64,000 nucleotides of DNA from Chiloscyllium plagiosum (lineage: Eukaryota), in assembly GCF_004010195.1 (NCBI RefSeq), contig NC_057718.1, positions 65,422,287 to 65,486,286 on the forward strand, in the 5' to 3' direction. Below are positions 24,871 to 38,509 of this stretch, piece by piece. The notes under the pieces were generated by a model that was given only the letters and a program-made list of their open reading frames with translations, did not search any database and was not told the origin of the DNA. A program made the translations under genes and the position numbers. Positions within the stretch are counted from its first letter, which is position 1; each line of letters starts with the position of its first letter.

Positions 24871-26117
24871 GGGCTTCATTATTCCCTGGCTGAAACCCCA
24901 ATACTATCCCCTCTGCCTGGCTAACATCATCCTATTTATATGTAGTTCTTTGCTCCTCTTGAATTTTTCCCTTCCAGCTTGCTGTTTCCTGGGTTTGCTG
25001 ACTCCCAAGATGCTACAGCAGCCTATCAATACCTTGCTCATCAAATGCAAGCTTCAGCTTCATAATTGAGCCTGTTCTCACATATTTACACTTTGCAGCA
25101 GATGATGATATTTCTTTTCTTGGTAATACTGAAACCAATTGTTGGAAACAAACACTGCCTGGCCCCTGGGCAGAGATCTGTTAAGTTAGCATTCTCTGGA
25201 TATTGACCATCATACCAGCTTGGCCTGCAAGTCTTATTTGTTATGATCCACATGAAGAAACTGTAAAACAAACCAAAATTCACCAAATCACTCCCAGAAG
25301 AGAAACGGCCATGATTTGTAACTTTAACAGAAGTAATAATCAATAAAAAGAATAATATCTTACAAGGCCACAAACAGACATCACATTTTGTACAGTTCCA
25401 CAATATTATTCTCTATTCACCCAGAGTAACTCCGGTAGTACTACCTAACAACATCCTTGGCCTTTTAGTTTCACAGTTTTGATTATCAGCAGCAAGTCAC
25501 ACTTCTATGAGCCTTTCTCCTTGGCTCATGACAGTCCCAAAGATAACTTGCCAAACCTCCTTAACCAAACAAATTAAACCATTGTTTGGCCATTTCTGGA
25601 AAACATCTAACTCAAAGACATTCACACAGTTTTCCAGGGTTTTAGACTTATTTAGCTAACAATGCCTCCAAGAGATTCTGTCTCTTTTTCTGTCAAACAG
25701 AACAACTGAGCTCTTCATGAGATTCCTGACTTGCTTCTTCTCACAAGACTTCTGTGTTCCTCCTTCTATCTCAGCTTTTTCCTTCTTGCCTGTATCTGTG
25801 TGCTGATCATCTTCACCCCCCAACTCTATTACTTCTTTAGTTCTCTTCTATGACTGCAGTTCTGCTGTGTGCTTGCCAATCACATAGCTTCATTCTTAAC
25901 TTCCTACTTGTTGGTACTGCTTCCAGGTTAAGGGTCACCAGGTCACATGACAGGTACTTCATATTAACAAAGAGGCACAGTTAATCCATTTACTCAAAGT
26001 CCTGAAAATTCTTTAAAATAATTATACTTTTCAGTCATTCTAAAGAAATTACAAATATTCTTTACAGTTCTACTTAGATTTATGATCTATTACCATACTC
26101 ACTGTCCTCTTTGCTAC

Positions 26118-26274
26118 TAAGTCCAAAGTCACACAACACCAGTTTATAGTCCAACAGGTTTATTTGAAATCACAAGCCTTCAGAACACAACCCCTTCATC
26201 AGGTGAAGCCACTGGAGTTGTGACTTCTGATTTTGTCCACCCTAGTTCAATACCGGCACCTGTGCATCATGGCA
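26118..26274. mobile_element. Family B-related palindromic mini-element
   Basis: Minus arm with degenerate hammerhead plus a short tail-bearing plus arm; TSD tcctctttgctac at 26105-26117 and 26275-26287. Confidence 0.8.
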
Positions 26275-26299
26275 TCCTCTTTGCTACCGTAAGGAATAT

Positions 26300-26490
26300 G
26301 TGATTTTTAAATTCATTCATGTCACTGCTAAGCCAACATTTATTTCTTGTCCCTGACTCCCCTTGTGAAGGTGGTGGTGAGCTTTGATCTTGAACTTCTG
26401 CAATCCATTAAGATAAAGTATATTCACTGTGCTGTTACAAAGGGAGTTCCAGGGTTTTGGCTCAGCAACAGTGAAGGAATAGTGATGTTG
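26300..26490 (-). mobile_element. Old shark LINE/SINE 3' end
   Basis: Reverse-strand similarity to about 45870-45975. Confidence 0.5.
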
Positions 26491-28034
26491 TTGTGTTTTT
26501 AAAGAAACTTAAAATAGTTCACCACACTGATATCCAAAGCATTTGTGCTGTGGGCAAAATGAAAAAAAGATCTCAACACACAAAAAATTCAATGTCACAG
26601 TTCATTGAAGAACACCCAGCATGACTGGAACAGTTTCAATAAATTTGCCCACACATATTACTCACTCTGATCCTACTTACAGTTCCAGCTTGCAATATCT
26701 AAGACATTGCACAGTCGGTCTATTTATATGTTACACTTTCGGACTGGTGTATCACTGTTATCATTGGAACTCTGCTCCTAACATTGCAACAAGGTCCTAC
26801 ATTCATTCACACAAACGCAAAGAGGACTTCCACCAAACAATGCTTAGCTTTATGGAAGCTGCACTGCTTCTGCTAGCAAATGTCATTCTGGTTTATACCC
26901 TGAGCTTTACTGATGCGATGGAAATTGTGAATCATATCCTAACATGTAAGTTAGCTGATTTATCTATAAAAGCCTGAAATTAGCCTGGGAGATTTAAAAT
27001 GCCAGTGTTCACCAGGAGTTGGTTGCTTTTAGAACTCATTTGGTAATCTTATAATACTGACAACTGGAAAAGTGCAGTTTGCATTTCTTAAATGCTATAT
27101 TTATATGAACTAATAATTTTAATACTATCATTTGGTGAAACTGTACAAATGAATAGGTTAAGCCAACCAACACCCTTAACCAGCCTGAAATTGCCAAGAA
27201 TCAGAGAGCCAATCTGAATTTTAGCCTGTGTTACAAAGGAGGTGGTTAGAACAACCACCCAAAGTTAGCAACATCTTTCTTTACACAAGCATGTCAGATC
27301 CTGATAATATCATTGCAAATCAGCTACAATTTTAACAGATCAACCCAAGTAAAAATACACATGACCCTTCCACAAGCTGAAAGCAGGAAGTTGGAGGCTT
27401 GGATTTTTTTTCCTTCCCTTTTGGGATTCAGAGGAGCAGGAACAGCTCCAAATGAAGCTTGTGTGTTAAAACAGACGAAACCTAATTGCTGGAGCAAAGA
27501 TGAGTTTCCAATTTACCCCCAATTTACAGTCTCAAACTCAATTAGAGTTAAATCAATGCAATTTTGGTAGTATCAGTCAATAACCTGACAAATCTGCATG
27601 CATTGAATCAAACTGATTTCCCCACTAAACTCTGTTGTCAGTTATTGAATTTTTCTAATAAACTAAACTATAGTAACTCATTCCTTTCACAAAAGATAAA
27701 GTTTATACAATGCATGCCCTGTTGAATTTAAATTGGTTCCAGAATCATAAGGCAATATCCATTTCAGGATACTTGTGTGGCATGTTTGGAATGTTCCATG
27801 ACATAAAATGATAAGAGCTTTGAGAGATGATGCTGCTGCTGCTGTGCAACTATTCTTTGTAATTTACATCTTTCTCTTTACTAATTACAGAGATAGTAAA
27901 GGCTGAGATTCAAGAAATGCAGCTGTGTTGAGTTGGGCCAGGGTGGATCTAATGTTGCATAATGTATAATTGTGCAAATGAGGTGGTATCCCATGCATCT
28001 CATTGTCAATAGTTACATCATTATCATTGATTTA

Positions 28035-28808
28035 GCTGTATAGCATGGAAATAGACCCTTCAGTCCAACTTGTCCATGCTGACCAGATAGCCTAAATTAA
28101 TTTAGTCCCATTTGCCAGCATTTGCCCCATATCCCTCTTTACTCTTCCTATTCATATACCCATCTAGATGCCTTTTAAATGTTATAATTGTATCAGCCTC
28201 CACCACTTCCTCTGGCAGCTCATTCCAACCACATACCACCCTCTACCTGAAAAAACTGTCCTTTTAAAATCTTGCGGAGAAAGTGAGGTCTGCAGATGCT
28301 GGAGATCAAAGTTGAAACTTTATTGCTGGAACAGCACAGCAGGTCAGGCAGCATCCAGGGAACAGGAGATTCGACGTTTCGGGCACAGGCCGAAGGGCCT
28401 GAAGAAGGGCCTGTGCCCGAAACGTCGAATCTCCTGTTCCCTGGATGCTGCCTGACCTGCTGTGCTGTTCCAGCAATAAAGTTTCAACTTTTAAAATCTT
28501 GCCCCTCTCACTTTAAACCTATGCCCCTAGTTTTGGACTCTGCTACCCTGGGGAAAACACCTTGGCTTTTCATCCCATCTATGCTCCTCATGATTTTATA
28601 AACCTCTATAAGGTCACCCTTCAGCATCCAATGCTCTAGGGAAAACAGTTCTAGCCGATTCAGTCTCTTCATATAGCTCAAACCCTCCAACCCTGGCAAC
28701 ATCCTTGTGAATCTTTTCTGAAACATTTCAACTTTCACAACATCCTTCCTATAGCAGGGAGACCAGAATTGAAAGCAGTATCCCAAAAGTACCCTAACCA
28801 GTGTCCTG
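28035..28808 (-). mobile_element. CR1/HER1 3' fragment interrupted by a Penelope mini-element
   Basis: FWSPCYRKDVVK...GDLIEVYKIM peptide. Confidence 0.9.
28276..28487. mobile_element. Family A palindromic mini-element (young subfamily)
   Basis: Near-perfect arms; intact hammerhead core CTGAAGA-A-GGGC-CTGT-GCCC-GAAACGTC; 15-bp TSD cttttaaaatcttgc at 28261-28275 and 28488-28502. Confidence 0.93.
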
Positions 28809-29259
28809 ATTTGAAGTGCATCTTAAGTATTGTATAATGTTCAGTAGTTGAATAAACCTAAGTTTCAAACCTCTTTATGTTGTGAATGCATAAAGGAGAA
28901 AAATACCAATCAGAAAGTGTTTGTTAACATCAAATATCTGTTTTGAACAGCAGCCAAAAGATGATGGACTTGACACAAAGCATTATCTATCCCATCCTGC
29001 TTTCTGTTGACTTTTCCAGGACATTACACAGTCCTCACAATATTTACATTTTTCTGTAGCAGTCATGGGATAGCCAGCCTAAGTCTGATCTCTAAGAGCA
29101 TAAGTAATATAAACATTGTGCACTGGCTTGATTCTATGCTACTACCAAGCTCCACTTTAAATGCTTGCAAGCAAGAAAAATGGAGCAAAACTAAAGGCTG
29201 AACATTCACCAAAATAAGTTTTTGACTTTCTTTCCTTAGGGGAAAATTTAAACTTACAG

Positions 29260-29680
29260 CAGTGAATTTCCACAGTGTTTAAGGAATAAATCCGAATTTA
29301 GTAATCAGTCAGAGACAATAATCTGGGACAAAATTAATTGACATTTGGAAAAACATTGGTTAATAAATAACAGCTAGCATGGCTTTGTTCAAGACAAACC
29401 TTGTTTGAATAACTTGGCTTCGTTCTTTGATGTAGTAACACAGAGGGTTGAGTGGGTGTTTGATGTTGAGTATCTGAACTTTCAAAGAGGTGGTTGATAA
29501 AGTAGCATATACTAAAAATTAGCAAAATTGAAACATGTGGGTTTAAATGAGCGAATTCAGTAAGGACACAAAGTTGGCTGAAGGACAAAAAGAGCTGTAT
29601 AGTTTCTCAGACTGGATGGAAAAATACAATGGTGTCCAACTTCAACTACTGTTAGGATCTCTGCTTAATTGATATATATA
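29260..29680 (+). mobile_element. Highly decayed CR1 RT fragment
   Basis: Remnants of QHGFV.DK.CL.NL and Y.NF.K.DKV motifs. Confidence 0.55.
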
Positions 29681-30470
29681 ACCACATTGCACCTTTTAAA
29701 ATTATTCTGCCCTGCAGCTCCAGTTTGTGATCTCTTCCTTCCATTCAGGCCTCTCAAAAATGTTTAGTCTCTCTGGGATCCTTCCAGCTCAGAACAGTAT
29801 CTGTGTATGAGGCAAAACTATACCCCCTCTTTACAGTGTTAACTGCATATTCCAGATCTTAAAGGTACCAAAAAGTAGTTTGGGAAACTATGGAGAGAAG
29901 GCAAGTGTGAAAGATATGTGGGTGGGGAAGTAGGGTGGCAGATGAGTGGGTGAAGGGTGTTGAGTAGGAGGTAAGTGGGTGAGGGGTTGGAATGGCAGGC
30001 TGTTACCAATGTGGAAATAGTGAATCAGAGAGTAGTTATGGATCTTGGGTCGGGGGGGGTTGATTGGGGTCAGGTCACAGGGTTTTGGGTTAGGTCAGAT
30101 CAGGAAGGGTGCTGGGAGGGTTGCATTAGGGCCTGTCAGATTAGATTAGGCGTTGTTGGGTCAGCATGGTGTAATTTTGAGTCCGACAAATGAGGTGTCC
30201 AAGTTAGGAGGATGTCAGTTTTAGTCAGGGAGGCGTCAGGTCAGAAGAGTTTCAGGTTTAGGGCAGAGAGGGGAATTTCAGTTCAGGTTTTGGAGGTGTC
30301 AGGTTGGGAGGGGTGTGTGCTTGATTTGTAGAGTTCTGTCAGGTCATCTCTGTTCAGGGAGATTATCAGGTGAGGCTGAAAGTGGAGTCAGTTTTAAAAT
30401 TATGCAGCCACTAGAATAGGCTTTAATTCCACTAACTTTTCCTGAGTAAGTATTGGGTAACCCTACTACA

Positions 30471-31125
30471 GAGTTATAGAGTCATACAGCATGGAAACAG
30501 AATCTTTGGTCCAACCAGTCCATGCTACCCATTATCCCAAATTAAATTCATCCTACCTGTTTGTGTAATTATCTAAATGTTTTTTAAAAGTTATAACTGT
30601 ATCCACATCCACCATTTGCTCTGGAGTTCATTCCACACACAAACCACAGTCACACCTTTTTAAACTCTTTCTCCTCTCACGTTAAAAATGTGCCTTCTAG
30701 TCTTGAAATTCCCCAACCTAGGAAAAAGACACCTGCCATTCACCTTATCTACACCCCTCCTTATTTTACAATCTTCTGTAAGGTCACCTCTCAACTTCCT
30801 ACACTCCAGTGAAAAATGTACCAATCGATCCAGCCTCTCTTTCTAACACAAATCCTCCATTCCTGGCAACATCTTGGTAGATCTCTTCAGAACCCTCTTC
30901 AGCTTAATAATATCCTTCCTTTAATGGGGTGACCAGATTGGACACAGTACTCCATAAGAGGCCTCACCAATATCCTCTGCATCCTCAATATAATGTCACA
31001 TCTCTTTAATACAAAGGACTGAGCAATGAAGGCAAGCATGCTAAATTCCTTTTTAACCACCTTATATATATGTGATGCAAACTTCAAAGACTTATGTTTC
31101 TGAACCCCCAGGTCTCTCTGTTTCA
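30471..31125 (-). mobile_element. CR1/HER1 3' fragment
   Basis: QRDLGVQ.H.SLK...LVRPLMEYCVQ peptide and 3' terminal repeat. Confidence 0.85.
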
Positions 31126-31129
31126 CAAC

Positions 31130-31580
31130 AAGAAAGGATATTTTTAAACTCGAAAGAGTGCGGAAAAGATTTACAAGGATGCTACCTGAATTGGAAGTTA
31201 GAAGGAGAGGCTGGATAGGCTGGGACTTTTTTCCCTGGAGCATTGGAGACTGAGGAGTGACCTTATAGAGGTCTGTAAAATCGTGAGATGCACAGAAAAG
31301 GTAGCTAGCCAACAGCTTTTCTCCATGGTAATGGAGTCTAAAACTAGAGGGCGTAGGATTAAAGTGAGATGGGAGAGATGCAAAAGGGGCCAGATGGGCA
31401 ATCTTTTCACAGAGGGTGGTGACTGTCTGCAACAGGCTGCCAGAGGTTGTGGGGAAGATGAATTTCTATTGAAGAAACATTTGACAGGTACATGGATGGG
31501 AAAGGTTTGGAAGGAAATGGACCAAATGCATGAAAACTGGGCAGCATGGACAAGTTGTCATGCTATAAACCTCTGCGACT
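31130..31580 (+). mobile_element. CR1/HER1 3' fragment, head-to-head with the previous copy
   Basis: RKDIFKLERVRKRFTRML, ESKTRG. Confidence 0.85.
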
Positions 31581-31994
31581 CAAAATAAGTCAGAGTCTTC
31601 CAAAGCCTGTGACTCCATCTCAGAGTTGAAGACATTTCTGGAAAGTTCCGGACACAGACTAATTCCGGGGTGGTAAGTGCACCTCTGAGTGGTCCTGTAG
31701 CACATCTTTCTGAATATGTTGTTGTGATGACAATCGTCCAAATTGTAGAATCGAGCCATTAACTTGGAAATGGAGTATAATTTCAAAGTCTGCAAAGAAG
31801 ACAAAAAAGCAAACGGCATTTAAAAAGTCTGAGTCAACAATATGGATTTTATGAAATACCTTGATGAGATAAGAGAGGTAGAGAGACAGCGAGGATTAGG
31901 ACACTTATCATAGAACAATTGAAGGCACAGCCACCAATGAAATTTGGGGGATCTGGAGGCTTGAATTGTTGCAGCACAGATACCTTGAAGGGTT

Positions 31995-34740
31995 ACAGAG
32001 TCATAGACTCAGAGATGTACAGCGTGGAAACAGACCCTTCGGTGCAACCCATCCATGCTGACCAGATATCCTGACCCAATCTAGGCCCATATCCCTCCAA
32101 ACTCTTCCTATTCATATACCCATCCAAATGTCTCTTAAAAGTTGCAATTGTACCAGCCTCCACCACATCCTCTGGCAGCTCATTCCATACACGCAACACC
32201 CTCTGCGTGAAAACGTTGTCCCTTTGGTCTCTTTTATATCTTTCCCCTCTCACCCTAAACCTATGCCCTCTAGTTCTGGACTCCCGACCCCAGGGAAAAG
32301 ACATTGCCTTTTAATCCTATCCATGCCCCTCATAATTTTGTAAACTTCTATAAGGTCACCCCTCAGCCTCCGATGCTCCAGGGAAAACAGCCCCAGCCTG
32401 TTCAGCCTCTCCCTATAGCTCAAATCCTCCAACCCTGGCAACATCCTTATAAATCTTTTCTGAACCCTTTCAAGTTTCACAACATCTTTCTGATAGGAAG
32501 GAGACCAAAATTGCATGCAATATTCCAACAGTGGCCTAACCAATGTCCTGTACAGCTGCAACATGATCTCCCAACTCCTGTACTCAATATTCTGACCAAT
32601 AAAGGAAAGCATACCAAACACCTTCTTCACTATCCTATCTACATGCGACTCCACTTTCAAGGAGCTATGAACCTGCACTCCAAGGTCTCTTTGTTCAGTA
32701 ATACTCCCTACGACCTTACCATTAAGTGTATAAGTCCTGCTAAGATTTGCTTTCCAAAAATGCAGCACCTCGCATGTATCTGAATTAAACTCCATCTGCC
32801 ACTTCTCAGCCCATTTGCCCATCAGGTCAAGATCCCATTGTAATCTGAGGTAACCCTCTTCGCCATCCACTACACTTCCAATTTTGGTGTCATCTGCAAA
32901 CTTACTAACTGTACCACTATTGCTCACATCCAAATCATTTATGTAAATTACAAAAATTAGAGGACCCAGCACCGATCCTTGTGGCACTCCACTGGTCACA
33001 GGCCTCCAGTCTGAAAAACAACCCTCCACCACCACCCTATGTCTTCTACCTTTGAGCCAGTTCTGTATCCAAATGGCTAGTGCTCCCTGTATTCCGTGAG
33101 ATCTAACCTTGCTAATCAGTCTCACATGGGGAACCTTGTCGAATGCTTTGCTGAAGTCTATATAGAGCACATCTACCGCTCTGCTCTCATCAATCCTCTT
33201 CGTTACTTCCTCAAAAAACTCAATCAAATTTGTGAGACATGATTTCCCACTCACAAAGCCATGTCTATCCCAAATCAGTCCTTGCTTTTCCAAATACATG
33301 TACATCCTGTCCCTCAGGATTCCCTCCAACAACTTGCCCACCAGCGATGTCAGGCTCACTGGTCTATAGATCCCTGGCTTGTCCTTCTCCACCCTTCTTA
33401 AACAGTGGCACCACATTAGACAACCTCCGGTCATCTGGCACCTCACCTGTGACTATCGATGATACAAATATCTCAGCAAGAGGCCCAGCAATCCACCTTT
33501 ACCTATTTCAAGACATCCAGCACTTCCTCCTCTGTAATCTGGACATTTTGCAAGATGTCACCATCTATTTCCCTACAGTCTATATCTTCCATATCCTTTT
33601 CCACAGTAAATACTGATGCAAAATACTCATTTAGTATCTCCCTCATTTTTTGTGGCTCCACACAAAGGCCGCCTTGCTGATCTTTGAGGTGCCCTATTCT
33701 CTCCCTAGTTACCCTTTTGTCCTTAATGTATTTGTAAAAACTCTTTGGATTCTCCTTAATTCTATTTGCCAAAGCTATCTCATGTCCCCTTTTTGCCCTC
33801 CTGATTTCCTTCTTAAGTACACTTTTACTTGCTTTATACTCTTCTAAGGATTCACTCGATCTATCCTGTCTACACCTGATATATGCTTCCTTCTTTTTCT
33901 TAACCAAACCTTCAATTTCTTTAATCACTCAGCATTCCCCATACCTACCAGCATTTCCTTTCACCCTAACAGGAATATACTTTCTTTGGATTCTCGTTAT
34001 CTCACTTCTGAAGACTTCCCATTTCCAAGCCATCCCTTTACCCGAGAACATCTGCCCCCAATCAGCTTTCGAAAGTTCTTGCCTAATACTGTCAAAATTG
34101 GCCTTTCTCCAATTTAGAACTTCAAGTTTTAGATCTGGTCTATCCTTTTCCATCACTATTTTAAATCAAATAGAATTATGGTCACTGGCTCCTAACTGCT
34201 CCCCCACTGACACCTCAGTCACCTGCCCTGCCCTATTTCCCAAGAGTAAGTCAGGTTTTGCATCTCCTCTAGTAGGTACATCTACATACTGAATCAGAAA
34301 ATTGTCTTGTACACATTTCACAAATTCCTCTCCATCCAGACCCTTAACACAATGGCAGTCCCAGTCGATATTTGGAAAGTTAAAATCCCCTACCATAACT
34401 ACCCTATTATTCTTACAGATAGCTGAGATCTCCTTACAAGTTTGTTTCTCAATTTCCCTCTGACTATTAGGGGGTCTACAATAAAATCCCAATAAGGTGA
34501 TCATCCCTTTCTTATTTCTCAGTTCCACCCAAATAACTTCCCTGGATGTATTTCCGGGAATATCCTCCCTCAGCACATCTGTAATGCTATCCCTTATTAA
34601 AAATGCCCCCCCCCCCCTCCCCCCCTTTCTATCCTTCCTGTAGTATTTGTATCCTGGAACATTAAGCTGCCAGTCCTGCCCATCCCTGAGCCATGTTTCT
34701 GTAATTGCTATGATATCCCAGTCCCATGTTCCTAACCATG
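31995..34740 (-). mobile_element. CR1/HER1 LINE with most of ORF2 (APE plus RT); longest open frame 32250-33446
   Basis: GDFNFPNIDW, SDHNSI, RPVSLTS, DFSKAFDKVPH, GVPQGSVLGP, KFADDTK; several frameshifts and stops. Confidence 0.97.
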
Positions 34741-34944
34741 GGTTGTATGGCTGAAGGAAATTGCAAAGACAAGGCGAGACCAGTCAGTGAAAGGATTTGA
34801 AAACAAGGATGAGAACTTTAAAAATAAGTATTGTAACTGGCAACCAAAGTAGAATAGTGGGAAGAGGGATGATGGATGGATAGGACATGATAGGAATTGG
34901 TGTACATGCAACAGAAATTTGTTCTGGGTAGAATTTTGGGATAC

Positions 34945-35905
34945 AAGACACATTGCATTTATCCAAATTATAGTCTGTCTGCCATTACTCAGTCCACTGA
35001 CCCAGTTGATCAAGACCCTTTGTAATCTTAGATAGCCTTTTTCACCGTCCACTGTACCACCAATTTTGGTGTCATCTGCAAACTTACTAACCATGCATCT
35101 CATCCAAATCGCTTATATAAATGATGAACAACAATAGACCCAGTGTCAATCCTTGCGGCACACTGTTGATCACAGGCCTTTTAGTCTAAATACCAACCCT
35201 CTAGTACCATCCTCTGCCTCCTACCATCATGCCAATTTTGTAGCCAATTGGCTAGCTCTCCCTGGATCCCATGTGATCTAACCTTATTAACCAGTCTACC
35301 ATGCAGAACTTTGATGAAGGCCTTGCTAAAGTCCATGGAATCAATGTCTACCATTCTGCCTTCATCTATCTTCTTGGTCCCCTCTTCAAAAAAACTCAAT
35401 CAAGTTTGTGAGACATGATTTCCCATGCACAAAGCCATGCTGACTATCCCGAATCAGTTCTTGCCTTTCCAAATGCACGTATATCCTGTCTCTCAGAATC
35501 CTCACCAACAACTTACCCACCACTGACATTAAGCTCACCTGTTTGTAGTGCCCTGGCTTTTCATTGCAGCCTTTATTAAATAATGGCACAACATTACCCC
35601 CCCTCCAGTCTTCTAATATCTCATCTGTGGCTGTCGATGATACAACTCTCCCTGCTGGGGACTCACAATTTCTTCTCTAGCTTCCAAATATGTCCTGGGA
35701 TAACTGGATCAGGTTCCAGGGATTTATCTATCGTTACGTGTTTTAAGACTTCCATCAATTCTTCTTCTGTAATGTGGACTATTTTCAAGACATCAGTACT
35801 TGCCTCCCACACCTGAGTTCCCTTGTTTCATTTCTTTCCCCATGGTAAATACTGACGTGAAATATTTGTTTAGGATCTTACCGATCTCCTGTGATTCCAC
35901 ACATA
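34945..35905 (-). mobile_element. CR1 RT fragment
   Basis: SQHGFVHGKSCLTNLIEFF, SKFADDTKIGG. Confidence 0.92.
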
Positions 35906-36326
35906 ACAATCTCTGAAGAGTTGTTGAATATGTAGACATCTAACTGTTGCAGTGTCAATAATGAACTGAAAGTCTCTTTGTCTACCATTAAACATTACTG
36001 TTGACATAAATTTCATTTGGGTGAAAAATAACTCACAGCTATTTCAAATCCAATCTTCTCTTCTTGTAATAACAACAATACCAATATTCCAGCCACCCAA
36101 ACAGGCTGGTTAACTGGCTTGTCATAATTTGGTGCTGCTGAAATCAATGCATGAGTTTGTATAGATTTCAATTTGTCAAACAAATTCCAACATTCTTTTC
36201 CCTATTCAAATTTCTTGCTTTTCTTTCAGAAACTTGTCATAGGAGTCACTGCAGTGCTGAAGTTCAGCACTATGAACACAACTTTTTCTTTTTGGATCAT
36301 GGACAAATAAAATGGGAAACAAATCA

Positions 36327-36651
36327 CAGCACGGTGAATCAGTGGTTAGCACTGCTGCCTCACAGCGCCAGGGACCCGGGTTTGATTCCAGTCCCGGGCG
36401 ACTGTCTGTGTGGAGCTTACACATTCTCCCTGTGTCTGTGTGGGTTTCCTCTGAGTGCTCCGGTTTCCTCCCACAGTCCAAAGATGTGCAGGTTAGGTGA
36501 ATTGGCCATGCTAAATTGCTCATAGTGTTAGGTGCGTTAGTCAGGGATATATATGGGGTCTTGGAGTGGGTCTGGGTGGATTGCTTTTTGGAGTGTTGGT
36601 GTAGACTTGTTGGCTGAAGGGCCTGTTTCCATACTGTAGGGAATCTAATCT
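36327..36651 (+). mobile_element. HE1-like SINE
   Basis: A/B boxes, V core, aatctaatct tail. Confidence 0.9.
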
Positions 36652-37753
36652 TAAAACATGGATTGTGATATGTATCTACAATGTTGCCTTTTCAAGCAGA
36701 CAGAATGGGTGTGTGTGTGAGCAGTTTTGCCCAGATTGGTCTTTCAGTTGAACAGTTGTTGTAATCTCAAGGGAGTTCATAGTAATGACAGCTTGATTGG
36801 TTCCTGGACAAGTGCCAGCTTGTATATAGACAGTAGAGACAAACCTTCTAGACTGTAAGGAGAAAGGAATCCAATCTCTTTCTTCCGCTCTTGTGTGGAG
36901 ATGTAACAGAAGCTCTCCCACTGGCTGTTCTCACTCACCATTTCCCAGTAAGCTGCTCTCTCTGCAAATTGTCTATTGAAAGGAAACAGTAAAAACAAAC
37001 ACCTTCAGAGACATTGAAAGAGCAGAGTTTCAACCAATGAAAAAAAGAAAGCATCGTTTTGTAAATAATCTCATCGCATTAGCATGATTTTACACTGATA
37101 AAGTTGAACTGGTGATACAAATGCTGATATTTCTTTAGTTGTATCAGTCAATGGAACCTGCTAAATTTTTTAAACACGTGAAATTTTGTAATAAATTATG
37201 CTCATCCAATCCTCTCAATATTATGCTGTAAGCATAGAATAGGATGTCAGTCCACTTTTGTTACAATATTGACCTTATGATAATCTACACAATTCTTGTG
37301 GTCTATCCAATTTTGACACCACTACAGAAGCTAAGCTCCAGGGACTATGACATGACATAATTAGGAACTTGATTGCTTTGATCACTTTGTTGAACTTTGA
37401 TCACTTTTTGAACTTGTCTGCGTTGTGTCTGTTAGGATGTTGTTCTATGGATAATGCATCCCCTACATTAACATTACATGTAACTAAAAACATGTTACCT
37501 GAACTATTTACAAAAAATTAACTTATCAGTATTTAATCAGTCTCCTCAATAGTTTTCTGGGAAAAGGAATACCATTCCATTTACATTTTTAAGCAGCTCC
37601 ACATTATCGAATCTGATTACTGGAAGGTTGACTTTTGCAATTTTAAGTTATGATTCATTCACTGGTTCTGACAGTGTTATATTACTTTCTATTTCTTTCA
37701 CCCTGGCACATACACTTCTCTCCTAACCACCCTTCTTACTATAGTATTACCAT

Positions 37754-38509
37754 TCAAAGTTTGTGCGAAGATTTGTAGCTCGGGTGCTCGTTGCTGTGGT
37801 TCTGTTCGCCGAGCTGGAAGTTTTTGTTGCAAACGTTTCGTCCCCTGGCTAAGCGACATCATCAGTGCTTGGGAGCCTCCTGCGAAGCGCTTCTTTGATG
37901 TTTCCTCCGGTGTTTATAGTGGTCTGTCCCTGCCACTTCCGGTTGTCAGTTTCAGCTGTCCGCTGTAGTGGTTGGTATATTGGGTCCAGGTCAATGTGTT
38001 TGTTGATGGAGTTTGTGGATGAATGCCATGCCTCTAGGAATTCCCTGGCTGTTCTCTGTCTGGCTTGCCCTATGATAGTAGTGTTGTCCCAGTCGAATTC
38101 ATGTTGCTTGTTGTCTGCGTGTGTGGCTACTAAGGATAGCTGGTCATATCGTTTCGTGGCTAGTTGATGTTCATGTATGCGGATTGTTAGCTGTCTTCCT
38201 GTTTGTCCTATATAGTGTTTAGTGCAGTCCTTGCATGGTATTTTGTACACTACATTCGTCTTGCTCATGTTGGGTAAGGGGTCCTTCGTTCTGGTGAGTT
38301 GTTGTCTGAGCGTGGCTGTTGGTTTGTGTGCCGTTATGAGTCCTAGGGGTCGCAGTAGTCTGGCTGTCAGTTCCGAGATGCTCCTGATGTATGGTCGTGT
38401 GGCTAGTCCTTTTGGTTGTGGTATGTCCTCGTTCCGTGGTCTTTCTCTTAGGCATAAGAGGCTCCCAAGCACTGATGAGTGCCCTATGATTGAACCACAG
38501 AACCACAGC
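37754..38509 (-). mobile_element. Penelope-like (Penelope/Poseidon-type) family C 3' fragment with GIY-YIG domain
   Basis: NVVYKIPCKDCTKHYIGQTGRQLTIRIHEH...REFLEAW..SIN; TSD atagtattaccat at 37741-37753 and 38510-38522; short inverted pieces at 38458-38510. Confidence 0.95.
37829..37868 (-). ncRNA. Hammerhead motif (family C)
   Basis: Minus strand GCA-CTGATGA-T-GTC...GAC-GAAACGTT-TGC, overlapping the ORF stop; stem I GCA/TGC; predicted cleavage after GTT. Confidence 0.75.

Noticed and set aside
24930..24945. MEF2/TATA-like cctatttatatg
   Set aside because: Imperfect match expected by chance in AT-rich DNA
25240..26068. Possible solo LTR (TGTTA...TTACA); similar starts near 15674 and 36665
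   Set aside because: No TSD, primer-binding site or second copy visible
29900..30370. G-rich gggtcagg-like tract as a G-quadruplex element
   Set aside because: Irregular low-complexity sequence, probably a decayed repeat; no defined unit
32250..33446. 398-aa RT ORF as a functional gene
   Set aside because: Part of a frameshifted, 5'-truncated CR1 copy; no evidence of domestication
37372..37415. Short tandem duplication (ctttgatcacttt.ttgaa)
   Set aside because: Ordinary slippage duplication with no inserted sequence
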